Positions 24,152 to 33,950 of a stretch of 47,112 nucleotides of DNA are shown piece by piece (within the stretch, counting starts at the first letter, position 1; each line of letters starts with the position of its first letter). Source of the DNA: a virus; the IMG/VR virus record IMGVR_UViG_3300045988_044952. The stretch is one strand, 5' to 3'. Both the position numbers and the translations under genes were made by a program. The notes under the pieces are model-generated. The model had not been told where the DNA came from and searched no databases. It was given only the letters and a program-made list of their open reading frames with translations.

Positions 24152-24649
24152 ATGACACCAGTTTTTTTGCTGGAAAATTTGCAGCGGTTCATAGAAGAAA
24201 AAACGGCTGACATTATTTTACCAGTGAGAACCAGAACGGGCAGAAATGAAGTGAAAGAGCGCCCGGCGGCGGTCTACAAAATGGGACTGCCGGAAGCGGA
24301 CGACGCACAACAGAAAGTGCCATACATTCTGGTTAAGTTCCTAACAGGGACGGACGACAAGGCAGCGGGAGAGCCAGAAGAAGACAGCTGCAAAGTAAGA
24401 ATTATATTTGCGGTGTATTCCGAAAACGGACAGGACGGACCACTTGCACTTCTCAACCTCATGTTGAGAGTGCGAAGCGAATTGAAGAAAGCCGGAGCAG
24501 TTGGCGGCGGTCAATTTGTGCTGGAAATGCCACTGGAATATATCGTGTATCAAGACACCACGCCGCCGTATTACATGGGGGAAATGGTGACAAATTGGAG
24601 CCTGCCAGTCGTACAACGTGACGTGGCAGCAGTTCTGCAAAATTTATAA
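24152..24649 (+). CDS. Neck/tail terminator candidate (hypothetical)
   Basis: 165 aa. Assigned by position between the head and sheath genes. Confidence 0.4.
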   Translation: MTPVFLLENLQRFIEEKTADIILPVRTRTGRNEVKERPAAVYKMGLPEADDAQQKVPYILVKFLTGTDDKAAGEPEEDSCKVRIIFAVYSENGQDGPLALLNLMLRVRSELKKAGAVGGGQFVLEMPLEYIVYQDTTPPYYMGEMVTNWSLPVVQRDVAAVLQNL

Positions 24650-24665
24650 ACAGGAGGTAGAAGAC

Positions 24666-25052
24666 ATGGCAAAAGCGACCACAGCAAACGCCACAGCAGC
24701 CGAAAAGGACGCTGAAAAGGTGCAGGCGGTAGAAAATACCAGTGAAGCGGAAAAAGCCGCAGAAACGGCAAATGAGCAGCCGGAAACGGTAAAGCTGATT
24801 TACATTGGACCGAACCTGCCAAAAGCAATGTTGCAGTGCAACAGAATTTTTGAGGGAACAGAAGAAGAAATTGACAAGGAATTGTCTTTTATTCTTGAAA
24901 AGTTCCCACTTGTAAAGAAAATGCTTGTTCCGACAACGGAACTTGCGGAGAAGAAAGACAAGGTGAAGACAGCCGGGAACGTATACAACAAGTGGTATTC
25001 CGACTTAAAAGCTGCCGCCCTTGCATACGCAGAACGAGAACAGGAGGTATAA
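24666..25052 (+). CDS. Hypothetical structural protein
   Basis: Start moved to ATG 24666 (RBS AGGAGGTAGAAGAC). 128 aa with an Ala/Glu-rich N-terminus. Confidence 0.45.
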   Translation: MAKATTANATAAEKDAEKVQAVENTSEAEKAAETANEQPETVKLIYIGPNLPKAMLQCNRIFEGTEEEIDKELSFILEKFPLVKKMLVPTTELAEKKDKVKTAGNVYNKWYSDLKAAALAYAEREQEV

Positions 25053-25055
25053 GCA

Positions 25056-26486
25056 ATGAGTGACGTATCACATGGAGTAAATGCCGGAAAGACCGACAGC
25101 GGAGCAATCACGCCCGTTTCCGTAGACACTGGCGTACATTTTGTAGTCGGTACAGCACCCGTGCAGGCGACCAACGGAAAAGTAAATGAAGTTATCATGG
25201 CTTCCAGCTACGCAGAAGCGGTGCAGGCGTTGGGATATTCCGACGACTGGAAAAAATACAGCCTTTGCGAAGAAATCTACACAGCGTTTACGCTTTTTAA
25301 CAGTGCGCAGGTATTCTTTGTAAATGTGCTTGACCCTAAAAAGCATAAGAAGACAGTAGCAGCAAAGGAAATGGACGTGGCAGACAACCAGATTGAATTA
25401 CCACTGGAAGCAATCGCAGGAAGCGTGGAAGTGACTGGAAAGACAGCTGGGGAAGACTACGAAGTGTTCTACGGTGACACAGCCTGCATTGTGGAGTTTC
25501 TGAAAGAAACAACCGGAAAAGCAAACGTAAAATATGAAGCCGTGGACCCTACACAGGTTACAAAGAGTGACATTATCGGCGGTTACAGCGTAAGCACACA
25601 CAAGACCACAGGGCTTGAACTGATTAACAGCGTGTTCCCACGCTTCACGAAAGTTCCAGACCTTATTTTGTGTCCGAATTGGTCACATGACCCGGAGGTT
25701 GCAGCCGTCATGTCTGCAAAGGCAGAGAACATCAACGGTCTGTTTGAAGCAGAAGCAATTCTGGACGTAGACTGCACAGAGGAAACAGGCGCAATCTACT
25801 ATACAGAGGTGCCGGAGTGGAAAAAGAAAAAGAATTTCACAAAGAAAACGGAAATTCTTTGCTTTCCTAAAGTTGCGCTGGGCGATAGGGTTTTTAATCT
25901 TTCCACACAGCTTGCAGCCAGCATTTCTGCCGTAGACAATGCGACAGCATACGGCGACGGTACACCGTGCGAAAGTGCTTCAAACAAGGGCATACAGGCA
26001 GATAGAATGGTTGTTGCGGACGGTTCAGAAGTTATTCTGGACGTACAGCAGGCAAACTATCTGAATGAAAACGGCGTGGTTACAGCACTTAATTTCTACA
26101 ACGGTTTTGTAAGTTGGGGGAATTATACAGCGTGCTACCCTGCCGATACTGACATGACAAATTATTTCTACTGTATCAACCGTATGTTCAAATGGGTTGG
26201 AAAGACCCTTATTTTGACATACTGGAACTACCTTGACAGAGGTATTAAAAGACGTCTTCTGGACGCAATCGTGCAGTCCGTCAACGATTGGCTGTCAAGC
26301 CTTGCGACTGATGAAAAAATCATTGGCGGGCGTGTCGAACTGAACGCAAGCGAGAACAGCGCAAGCCAGCTGGCAGCAGGAATTGTCCGTTTTCATATCT
26401 ACATGACACCGCCGTCACCATTACAGAAAATGGACTTTGTGCTTGAATATGACCTTTCATATCTTGAAGCACTGGTGGCGGCATAA
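25056..26486 (+). CDS. Tail sheath protein
   Basis: 476 aa. The N-terminus GAITPVSVDTGVHFVVGTAPV...ASSYAEAVQALGYSDDW is typical of contractile-tail sheath proteins. A tube gene follows. Confidence 0.85.
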   Translation: MSDVSHGVNAGKTDSGAITPVSVDTGVHFVVGTAPVQATNGKVNEVIMASSYAEAVQALGYSDDWKKYSLCEEIYTAFTLFNSAQVFFVNVLDPKKHKKTVAAKEMDVADNQIELPLEAIAGSVEVTGKTAGEDYEVFYGDTACIVEFLKETTGKANVKYEAVDPTQVTKSDIIGGYSVSTHKTTGLELINSVFPRFTKVPDLILCPNWSHDPEVAAVMSAKAENINGLFEAEAILDVDCTEETGAIYYTEVPEWKKKKNFTKKTEILCFPKVALGDRVFNLSTQLAASISAVDNATAYGDGTPCESASNKGIQADRMVVADGSEVILDVQQANYLNENGVVTALNFYNGFVSWGNYTACYPADTDMTNYFYCINRMFKWVGKTLILTYWNYLDRGIKRRLLDAIVQSVNDWLSSLATDEKIIGGRVELNASENSASQLAAGIVRFHIYMTPPSPLQKMDFVLEYDLSYLEALVAA

Positions 26487-26503
26487 AGGGGAGGTGAAAC
26501 AGA

Positions 26504-27022
26504 ATGTCTAAAGTTGATGAATTAGTAATTAACTATGCGATTTACGAAGACGCCACGGAGTATCTGGGAACAACAGAAGTGACCCTGCCGGATTTAGAGT
26601 ACATGACGGAAGAATTAAGCGGCGCAGGCATTGCGGGCAATATTGAAGAAATCATTATTGGTCACTTAAATGCCATGACAACAACTTTCAATTTCCGAAC
26701 CGTAACGGCAGCAGCGGTCAAGTTAATGGAACCCCGTGTGCATAGAATTGATTTGCGTGTGGCACAGCAGAGAATGAACCTGCGTACCAGTGCAAATGAA
26801 ATCACCGGGGTAAAGCATATTATGAAAGTGAAACCGAAGAAAACAGCACTGGGCAAGGTTGCTGCTGCGTCCACTGCTGATGTAAGCGGAGAATATGCCG
26901 TTTCATACTACGCAATGTATATGGACGGTTCAAAGGTAACGGAGATTGACCCGTTGAACTTCATTTGTATTATCAATGGCAAAGACTACTTAAAGGACGT
27001 TAGAAAAGCGTTAGGAAAGTAA
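26504..27022 (+). CDS. Tail tube protein
   Basis: 172 aa. VINYAIYEDATEYLGTTEVTLPDLEYMTEELSGAGIAGNIE matches the P2 FII-like tube pattern. Confidence 0.8.
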   Translation: MSKVDELVINYAIYEDATEYLGTTEVTLPDLEYMTEELSGAGIAGNIEEIIIGHLNAMTTTFNFRTVTAAAVKLMEPRVHRIDLRVAQQRMNLRTSANEITGVKHIMKVKPKKTALGKVAAASTADVSGEYAVSYYAMYMDGSKVTEIDPLNFICIINGKDYLKDVRKALGK

Positions 27023-27080
27023 AGACAGAAAAGCAGGAGCCAGCGGGGAACCGCTGGTTTTTTCCTGCAATAAATCAGAT

Positions 27081-27515
27081 ATGGAGGAAAACAAAATGGC
27101 AGATACAACAAAAAACACTGAAAACATGGAGCAGGCGGCAGAGCAGGCAAAAGAAATGCAGGAAGCACAGGCAAGCGGCGTGGTGAGTTTTGAGGAAAAG
27201 AAGACAGAGAAAGAAAACACCAGTCTGAACTACACCCACACTTTCAAAGCACCCAGAGAGATTGAGGGCAAGAAGTACACCGCATTAACCTTTTATTTTG
27301 ACAATCTGACTGGTGAGGATATAGAAGCAGTGGAACAGGAACTTGCGGACATGAACAAATATGTTCTTTCCCCGGAAATTTCTTCTGCGTTCCAGTGTAT
27401 TCTTGCGGCAAAGGCTGCGGGGGTTGCTTCTGACGAAATCAGACGGCTTCCAGTGCCAGACTATATGAAAATTAAGAACAAAGCAAGGGATTTTTTAATT
27501 GCTGCGGGCTATTAA
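27081..27515 (+). CDS. Tail assembly chaperone (gpE/gpG-like), frame-0 product
   Basis: 144 aa, located between the tube and tape-measure genes. Contains LTFYFDNLTGEDIEAVE. A slippery site lies near the 3' end. Confidence 0.75.
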   Translation: MEENKMADTTKNTENMEQAAEQAKEMQEAQASGVVSFEEKKTEKENTSLNYTHTFKAPREIEGKKYTALTFYFDNLTGEDIEAVEQELADMNKYVLSPEISSAFQCILAAKAAGVASDEIRRLPVPDYMKIKNKARDFLIAAGY

Positions 27516-27691
27516 AGATTAAAGAACCCGCAAAGTTCATAAGAAAGCAGATATATAAAATGTCAAGGGCTTCACATACGCCCGTCCCATTCTGGTTAAA
27601 AATGCCCATACGCAGGCTTTTTGCATGGATTGAAACAATCAATGAAGTGGAAAAAGAAGAAGCGGAAGAACGGCAGCAGAATAAAGCGTAG
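27081..27691 (+). CDS. Tail assembly chaperone -1 frameshift fusion product (gpE+E'/gpGT-like)
   Basis: The heptamer T TTT TTA (27491-27497) is in X XXY YYZ register. The -1 frame stays open to TAG 27689-27691 and encodes ..FWLKMPIRRLFAWIETINEVEKEEAEERQQNKA. Confidence 0.65.
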
Positions 27692-27705
27692 GGAGGTGAA
27701 ACAGC

Positions 27706-30700
27706 TTGGCAGGGTCACAAAAGGAATTTGAACTGCTTTTCAAGCTGAAAGCGGCGCTGGGTCCCAACTTCAATGGGGCGTTCAAAAGTGCGATAAACAC
27801 CAATAACCAGTTGCGGGACAGCATGAAAAACGTAAATTCCTTGCAATCGAAGATTGACGGCTACACAAAGCAGTCTGCCGCTATTGACAAGAACAAAGAA
27901 CGGCTGGCGTTGCTTAATGCTGAACATGACAGGTTGCAGCAGGAGTTACAGCAGACGGGCGAACCCACAGACGCACTGCGGAAGAAGCTCGAAAGAAATG
28001 AAAGCCAGATACAACAGACCACTGCCAAAATACAGGAACAGGAAAGACAATTAAACAGTTACGCAGAAGAACTGCGGGAAGCCGGGGTAAATACAGACAA
28101 TCTGGAAGAAGCCAACGGCAGGTTGCAAAAATCGTATGAAAAGTTGCAGAGTTCACAGCAGACGTTGCAGAAGATAAATGAAAAGCAACAGCAGGTACAG
28201 CAGAGCATTTCTAAAACAAAAGGGCAACTGCTGGGAACGATTGGCGCTATCGGTGCAATAGCAACGGCGGTATATGCGGGACCAGTGCAGGCGGCGCAGA
28301 AATATGAAACGGCAATAGCAAAGGTTGGAACCATTGCGGATACGCAGGAAGTACCACTGGGAACATTGTCACAACAGATTATGCAGCTGTCAAACCAGAC
28401 AGGAATTGCAGCCAGCGCCGTTGCTGATGATGTATACAACGCAATATCTGCCGGGCAGAAAACGGCAGACGCAGTAAACTTTGTTACAAACAGTACGAAG
28501 TTAGCGAAAGCCGGATTTGCCGAAAGTTCGCAAACGCTGGACGTATTGACAACCGTATTGAACGCATACGGCATGAGTGCGGACAAGGTAGGTACTGTAT
28601 CAGATATGCTGGTACAGACGCAGAACAAAGGTAAAGTAACCGTAGGCGAACTGGCAAGCAGCATGGGTAAAATTATCCCAACTGCAAACGCAAGCAATGT
28701 TTCATTGGAACAGTTGTGCGCTGGCTATGCGATAATGACCAGCAAAGGTATTGCAGCCGCAGAAACGACAACGTACATGAACAGTATGTTGAATGAGTTG
28801 TCGAAGTCTGGAAGTACAACGGACAAGCTATTGCGTGAGAAAATGGGCGGTAGCTTTTCAGAATTGATGAAAAGTGGGAAATCACTTGGGGAAATTCTGG
28901 GAGGAATACAAGACGAAGCCAGCAAGTCTGGTCTTGCCCTGTCCGATATGTTCAGCAGTTCGGAAGCAGGAAAAGCGGCAATGTCGCTGTTATCAAACGG
29001 CGTTGACGGCTTCAATGCAAGCGTACAAGATATGGTGAATAGCGTTGGAGCAACAGACAGCGCATTTGCCAAAATGGAAGACACCACAGAAGCCAAAATG
29101 GAAAAGGCAAAGAACAGTATTGCGAATTTGAGCATTGTTCTTGGTCAAAACCTACTGCCGATTGTAGGAAACATGGCAGACAAAGTGGCAACCGTGGTCA
29201 CGAAAGTTTCAGAATTTGCAGCAGCAAACCCAAAGTTAGTGCAAACGGTCTTAAAGGTAGCAGCAGGACTGGCAGCACTGAAAGTGGGAATGTTGACAAC
29301 AAAGCTGGTTACTTTATCAGCGGAAGACGGCATATTGTCACTGGCAAAGAAGCTGGTTGGCTTGCGTGCCGGATTTATTGAGAACGCAGCAACAAGCGCA
29401 GGTTTTGCAGCAAAGCTGAAAGCAGCCGGAAGCGGTGTACTTTCTTACTTTGGCAACGTCAAAGGTGCTTTGGGCGGCGTAGGTTCTGCAATAGGTAATA
29501 TTTTCAGCGGAAACAGAGTAATTGGAGCAGTTACGGGCTTCATGGGCAATGTGAAAGCGTCCGTTGTCAATGGCTTCATGGGACTTGCTACAAAGGCAGG
29601 CGGGGCACTGACAGGCGCAGGAACAAAGCTGCTGGGGCTTTTACTCAAACCGTTTTCACTGGTTGGCGGCAAACTGGGTCCGATACTTGGAACCGTAGGA
29701 ACTGCGATTGCAAACAGCCCGCTTGGGAAAATAGGCGGTCTGATAACAAGAGGAATTACCGGGGCTTTCAGTAAGGCAACAACACTGATTGCACCGCTCG
29801 GAAACGCAGTCAAAACAGTTCTGGGACCGCTCGGAAACCTTGCCAAAACAGCACTAGGACCGCTGGGAGGTATCGCAGGAAAGATATTGCCAGTTGTGGG
29901 CGCTATCACAACAATTATCACGGTCATTAAGCTGGTACAAACACACCTTGAAGAAATACGCAGTTTCATTCAGCGCACTTTTGGTGATGAAGCACTGGCG
30001 GTATTTGACAAAATCGTTGCGGTTATAACAAACGTAGAAAACACAATAAAAAATGTGTTTTCTGGTGAGAACATAGGCGCAGCCCGTGACAAAATACAAG
30101 AACTGTTCGGAGATAAAGGGGCAGCAGTCTTTGACACGTTTGTAAATGTGCTGGGAACAGTAAAGAACGCAGTTTCAGAGGTTGTGGGCTTCATAACGGC
30201 AAATGTTGTGCCAGTAGCAGAACAGGTATTGCAGGTAATCACAACACAAGTGATACCGGGGATTGTTAGCTTTATTCAAGCGGCAGCCCCAACAATCATG
30301 CAAATTATACAAAGCGTTGCGGATTTTATCGGGGCAATTATCCCGGTGATAGGCAGCTTTATTGCTGGGCTTATGCCAATTATAAGCGAAATAATCACGT
30401 TTATTTCAACTTACGTTTTACCGATTATTTCAGAACTGTTCAGCTTTATTTGCAGCACGGTTCTTCCGGCAATTTCAGACGCAATACAAGCAATTTTACC
30501 AGTCGTACAAAACGTACTGCAAACACTGCTTCCAGCCATTCAAACCGCTTTATCAACTATCTGGAATATTGTCAGTCCGATAATTCAAGGAATTTTAGCG
30601 GCGGTACAATTTGTAATGCCGACAATTCAAGCTATCGTTCAAAGCGGAGTTCAAGCAATTTCCGGCGTGATTTCTGGAATTGTAACCGTGCTGAATGGAA

Positions 30701-31350
30701 TTATCACTTTTATAACTGGCGTCTTTTCCGGGAACTGGCGGCAGGCTTGGGAGGGCATAAAGTCCATTTTTTCTGGAATTTGGCAGGCTATCAAGTCAGT
30801 GTGTACGGGTGCAATTAACGGCATTATATCTGCGGTCAACACGGTTATTCGTGGATTGAACAAAGTAAAAGTGCCAGACTGGGTGCCGGGCGTAGGTGGA
30901 AAAGGTATAAACATATCTGAAATACCTATGCTGGCGAAAGGTTCAAGCAATACCCCAGATACATTCATAGCGGGCGAAGCTGGACCAGAGTTAATCACAA
31001 ACGCACCGGGGCGCACGGTGTTTACTGCCAGCCAGACAAGAAGTATCATGGCGGCACAGAATACGGCAGCCACAACAGCGGCAGCGGTAGCGCCAACAAC
31101 AGCACCGACCACAACAGCGCAGACGGTAAATAATTACAATACAGCGCCGGAGGTGACAGCAGGAGCAGGCAACAACGGCGGCGGTGCAAAGAATGTAACT
31201 ATCAACAATAATCCAACAATCGTGGTAAACGGAGATAAGCCGGAAGACTTAGACGCAAAGCTGGAAGAAAACAACAAACGGCTGCTGCGTGACGTTGAAG
31301 AATTGCTGGACGAAAAAGAAGACAAAGAAAGGCGGCAGAAATATGACTAA
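27706..31350 (+). CDS. Tail tape measure protein
   Basis: 1214 aa. TTG start after GGGAGGTGAAACAGC. Coiled-coil N-terminus, a TP901-type core (LSNQTGIAASAVADDVYNAISAGQ) and Gly/Ala/Ile-rich hydrophobic repeats. Confidence 0.9.
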   Translation: MAGSQKEFELLFKLKAALGPNFNGAFKSAINTNNQLRDSMKNVNSLQSKIDGYTKQSAAIDKNKERLALLNAEHDRLQQELQQTGEPTDALRKKLERNESQIQQTTAKIQEQERQLNSYAEELREAGVNTDNLEEANGRLQKSYEKLQSSQQTLQKINEKQQQVQQSISKTKGQLLGTIGAIGAIATAVYAGPVQAAQKYETAIAKVGTIADTQEVPLGTLSQQIMQLSNQTGIAASAVADDVYNAISAGQKTADAVNFVTNSTKLAKAGFAESSQTLDVLTTVLNAYGMSADKVGTVSDMLVQTQNKGKVTVGELASSMGKIIPTANASNVSLEQLCAGYAIMTSKGIAAAETTTYMNSMLNELSKSGSTTDKLLREKMGGSFSELMKSGKSLGEILGGIQDEASKSGLALSDMFSSSEAGKAAMSLLSNGVDGFNASVQDMVNSVGATDSAFAKMEDTTEAKMEKAKNSIANLSIVLGQNLLPIVGNMADKVATVVTKVSEFAAANPKLVQTVLKVAAGLAALKVGMLTTKLVTLSAEDGILSLAKKLVGLRAGFIENAATSAGFAAKLKAAGSGVLSYFGNVKGALGGVGSAIGNIFSGNRVIGAVTGFMGNVKASVVNGFMGLATKAGGALTGAGTKLLGLLLKPFSLVGGKLGPILGTVGTAIANSPLGKIGGLITRGITGAFSKATTLIAPLGNAVKTVLGPLGNLAKTALGPLGGIAGKILPVVGAITTIITVIKLVQTHLEEIRSFIQRTFGDEALAVFDKIVAVITNVENTIKNVFSGENIGAARDKIQELFGDKGAAVFDTFVNVLGTVKNAVSEVVGFITANVVPVAEQVLQVITTQVIPGIVSFIQAAAPTIMQIIQSVADFIGAIIPVIGSFIAGLMPIISEIITFISTYVLPIISELFSFICSTVLPAISDAIQAILPVVQNVLQTLLPAIQTALSTIWNIVSPIIQGILAAVQFVMPTIQAIVQSGVQAISGVISGIVTVLNGIITFITGVFSGNWRQAWEGIKSIFSGIWQAIKSVCTGAINGIISAVNTVIRGLNKVKVPDWVPGVGGKGINISEIPMLAKGSSNTPDTFIAGEAGPELITNAPGRTVFTASQTRSIMAAQNTAATTAAAVAPTTAPTTTAQTVNNYNTAPEVTAGAGNNGGGAKNVTINNNPTIVVNGDKPEDLDAKLEENNKRLLRDVEELLDEKEDKERRQKYD

Positions 31351-31558
31351 AAGCTACACCACAATATCTGGGGATATGTGGGACAAAATCGCATACAACG
31401 AAATGGGAAGCGTTCTGCATACAGATAAGCTGATGAAAGCCAATGTCAAATATGCCAGCACCTACGTTTTCCCAGCCGGGGTTGTTTTAACAATCCCGGA
31501 GGTGGAAGACGAAGAAGACTTGGAACTGCCACCGTGGAAAAGGGGGCTGCTGACATAG
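31343..31558 (+). CDS. Tail protein X (LysM-like, P2 gpX family)
   Basis: Start moved to ATG 31343. Translation starts MTKSYTTISGDMWDKIAYNEMGS...VLTIPEV. Confidence 0.7.
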   Translation: MTKSYTTISGDMWDKIAYNEMGSVLHTDKLMKANVKYASTYVFPAGVVLTIPEVEDEEDLELPPWKRGLLT

Positions 31559-31559
31559 A

Positions 31560-32858
31560 ATGAGTGCAAAGAACTTGGCACGCCGGGTGGAATTGAAACT
31601 GAAATTTGAAAATGTTTCTGTCCCGGCAGACATCAACAAATATTTAAGCAGCCTTACTTTCACTGATGAAGAAGAAGACAACGCAGACGATTTGCAGCTT
31701 GCGTTTGATGATAGAGAAAGTAAGTGGCTGGGAAGCTGGCTGGAAGTAAAACCGACATTTGTTAAGACTTCAACGACGGTACAAAAGCAGGTGGAAGCTG
31801 CAAGCGTCGTCAATTATGTAGTTAAAAAAGGTGATACCCTTTGGGCTATTGCCAAAAAGTATCTGGGAAGCGGCACGAAATACCCGCAGATTGCCAGTGA
31901 AAACAATATCAAGAACCCCAATTTGATATATCCGGGGCAGGTATTTAAAATCACGACAGGCGGGACAGCAACCCAGACGGTTTCAGAAACAAAAGAAACC
32001 ACAAAAAAGGTGTCAGACCCTAAATTGATAACGGCAACTATTGTGCAGAAAAACTGGCATGACAACGGAAAAGATGTGCATTTGAATTGCGGAACCTTTG
32101 AACTGGACAGCGTAGACGCCAGCGGACCGCCAACCAAAATCACATTAAAAGGCACGTCAATTCCGTACACCTCAACCATGAGGGTTGCGAGAAAGTCAAA
32201 AGCATGGGAAAACACGACACTGAAAGTGATTGCGGAGCAGATAGCGAAAGAAAGCCGTTTAAAACTGATGTACCTTGCTGGGTCAAACCCGAAATATAAG
32301 CGAAAAGAACAGGTGCAGCAGTCAGACATTGTATTTTTGCAGAAGCTATGCAAGGCGGCTGGGCTGGCGTTGAAAGTAACCACAATGAACGTGGTTATTT
32401 ATGACGCCGAAGAATACGACAGCAAGCCACCTATAAAAACCATAAAATATGGCAGCGGTGATTATTTGTCATACAAGCTGGGAACCAGCCTGCATGATAC
32501 AGCATACACCAGCTGCCATGTTTCGTATACTGACCCGGACAGCAAGGAAACGATAGAAAGTACATACACCCCGGACAGTACAGAGGGAACCGGGCAGGTG
32601 CTTGAAATCAACGAAAAGGTGAACAGCACCAGTGAAGCGCACGAACTGGCGAAAAAGCGGCTGCGTGAAAAGAATACACAGCAGTATACAGCCAGTTTCA
32701 CCATGCTTGGTGACGTGCAGCTGGTGGCGGGCGCAACGGTTCGGTTGAAAGGGTTTCAGAAGTTCGACCGCAAGTATAAAATCACGAAAGCAACGCACAA
32801 GCTGACGGGAGGTTATACAACGCAAATTGAATTAAAACAGGTATTGGAGGGCTACTAA
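31560..32858 (+). CDS. Late control D-like baseplate hub protein with an inserted LysM domain
   Basis: The LysM segment is VVKKGDTLWAIAKKYLGSGTKYPQIASENNIKNPNLIYPGQVFKI. The C-terminus FDRKYKITKATHKLTGGYTTQIEL is gpD-like. Confidence 0.75.
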   Translation: MSAKNLARRVELKLKFENVSVPADINKYLSSLTFTDEEEDNADDLQLAFDDRESKWLGSWLEVKPTFVKTSTTVQKQVEAASVVNYVVKKGDTLWAIAKKYLGSGTKYPQIASENNIKNPNLIYPGQVFKITTGGTATQTVSETKETTKKVSDPKLITATIVQKNWHDNGKDVHLNCGTFELDSVDASGPPTKITLKGTSIPYTSTMRVARKSKAWENTTLKVIAEQIAKESRLKLMYLAGSNPKYKRKEQVQQSDIVFLQKLCKAAGLALKVTTMNVVIYDAEEYDSKPPIKTIKYGSGDYLSYKLGTSLHDTAYTSCHVSYTDPDSKETIESTYTPDSTEGTGQVLEINEKVNSTSEAHELAKKRLREKNTQQYTASFTMLGDVQLVAGATVRLKGFQKFDRKYKITKATHKLTGGYTTQIELKQVLEGY

Positions 32859-33209
32859 ATGGCAGACATGACAGAACTTAAAAACGCCATACGCATTGGC
32901 ACGGTGCAAAGTGTGAGTGCGGAAAAAATGACAGCCCGTGTGAAGTTCAAGGACAAAGGCGGCATAACTTCCGGCGACCTGCACATTATCAAACGCCCGG
33001 TGTACGTCATACCAGCAATGGAAAGCGGAACAGAGGGGCAGACAGCAAAAACAGAATTGCAATATGACTACGGCGGCGAACTGAAAAAGAAAGTGAGCCA
33101 CTACCACGAAGCCTTTGTTTCTGCATGGGTGCCGGACGTCAACGACATGGTTCTTTGTATTATGCTTCCAGACGGTGACGGTGACGGCTTCATTGTGGGG
33201 GAGGTGTAA
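32859..33209 (+). CDS. Baseplate spike/assembly protein V-like
   Basis: 116 aa. IRIGTVQSVSAEKMTARVKFKD fits an OB-fold gpV N-terminal pattern. Confidence 0.6.
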   Translation: MADMTELKNAIRIGTVQSVSAEKMTARVKFKDKGGITSGDLHIIKRPVYVIPAMESGTEGQTAKTELQYDYGGELKKKVSHYHEAFVSAWVPDVNDMVLCIMLPDGDGDGFIVGEV

Positions 33210-33212
33210 CGC

Positions 33213-33614
33213 ATGGCGAAGATAGGCAGCTTTGGAAAGCTGGCTTTTTCGGTATCAGAAAAGACGGTGCGCACGTTTGATGAAATCAGCTGGAAAGTGT
33301 CTGCAAAGTACGCAACGCATGACAGACATATAAAACGTGATGTGCTGGAATTTCTGGGACCAGAGCCGGACACAATCAGTTTCAAAATGGCGTTCAGTGT
33401 ATTTCACGGAACAAACCCGCTGAATGAAATTAAAAAGCTAAACAAAATGTGTAGCAACGGTGAAGTAAACTACTTGATTTTAGGCGGGAAAAAGTACGGG
33501 TCATATAAGTGGGTAATAACGGGAGTCAGCAGCACATTGAAACGCTACGACAATAAAGGTAACTGCTGGGCTGCCACAGCAGATGTGACCTTGAAAGAAT
33601 ATCCAAAGAGGTGA
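33213..33614 (+). CDS. GpU-like tail protein
   Basis: 133 aa. Pattern: FSVSEKTVRTFDEISWKVSAKYATHDRHIKRDVLEFLGPEPDTISF...GGKKYGSYKWVITGVS. Confidence 0.5.
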   Translation: MAKIGSFGKLAFSVSEKTVRTFDEISWKVSAKYATHDRHIKRDVLEFLGPEPDTISFKMAFSVFHGTNPLNEIKKLNKMCSNGEVNYLILGGKKYGSYKWVITGVSSTLKRYDNKGNCWAATADVTLKEYPKR

Positions 33615-33620
33615 AAAAGC

Positions 33621-33950
33621 ATGGACGTAATAAGAGGTGACGGCTCATTGCTGAAAGAAATTGACCTTGCGCCAGCAAATGAACATCAAGCCGTAATACA
33701 GAATGTTGCAGTTATTCTGGACACAGTGCAAGGGTCATGCCCCATGTTCCGTGACTTTGGATTGCCGGGCAGCTTATATGGCAGACCGCAGCCAGTAGTT
33801 GAAAGTATACTGGTTGGCTATCTGTATGACCAGATAGAACAATTTGAACCACGAGCGGTGGTTTCAGACATTACATTTGACCACGACGCAGGAACAGGGC
33901 GTACAGTTCCTATAATCTATTTGGAGGAGGTGAGAACAGACAATGAGTGA
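33621..33950 (+). CDS. Baseplate wedge protein (gpW/gp25-like)
   Basis: 109 aa. GSCPMFRDFGLPGSLYGRP...LYDQIEQFEPRAVV. Confidence 0.7.
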   Translation: MDVIRGDGSLLKEIDLAPANEHQAVIQNVAVILDTVQGSCPMFRDFGLPGSLYGRPQPVVESILVGYLYDQIEQFEPRAVVSDITFDHDAGTGRTVPIIYLEEVRTDNE

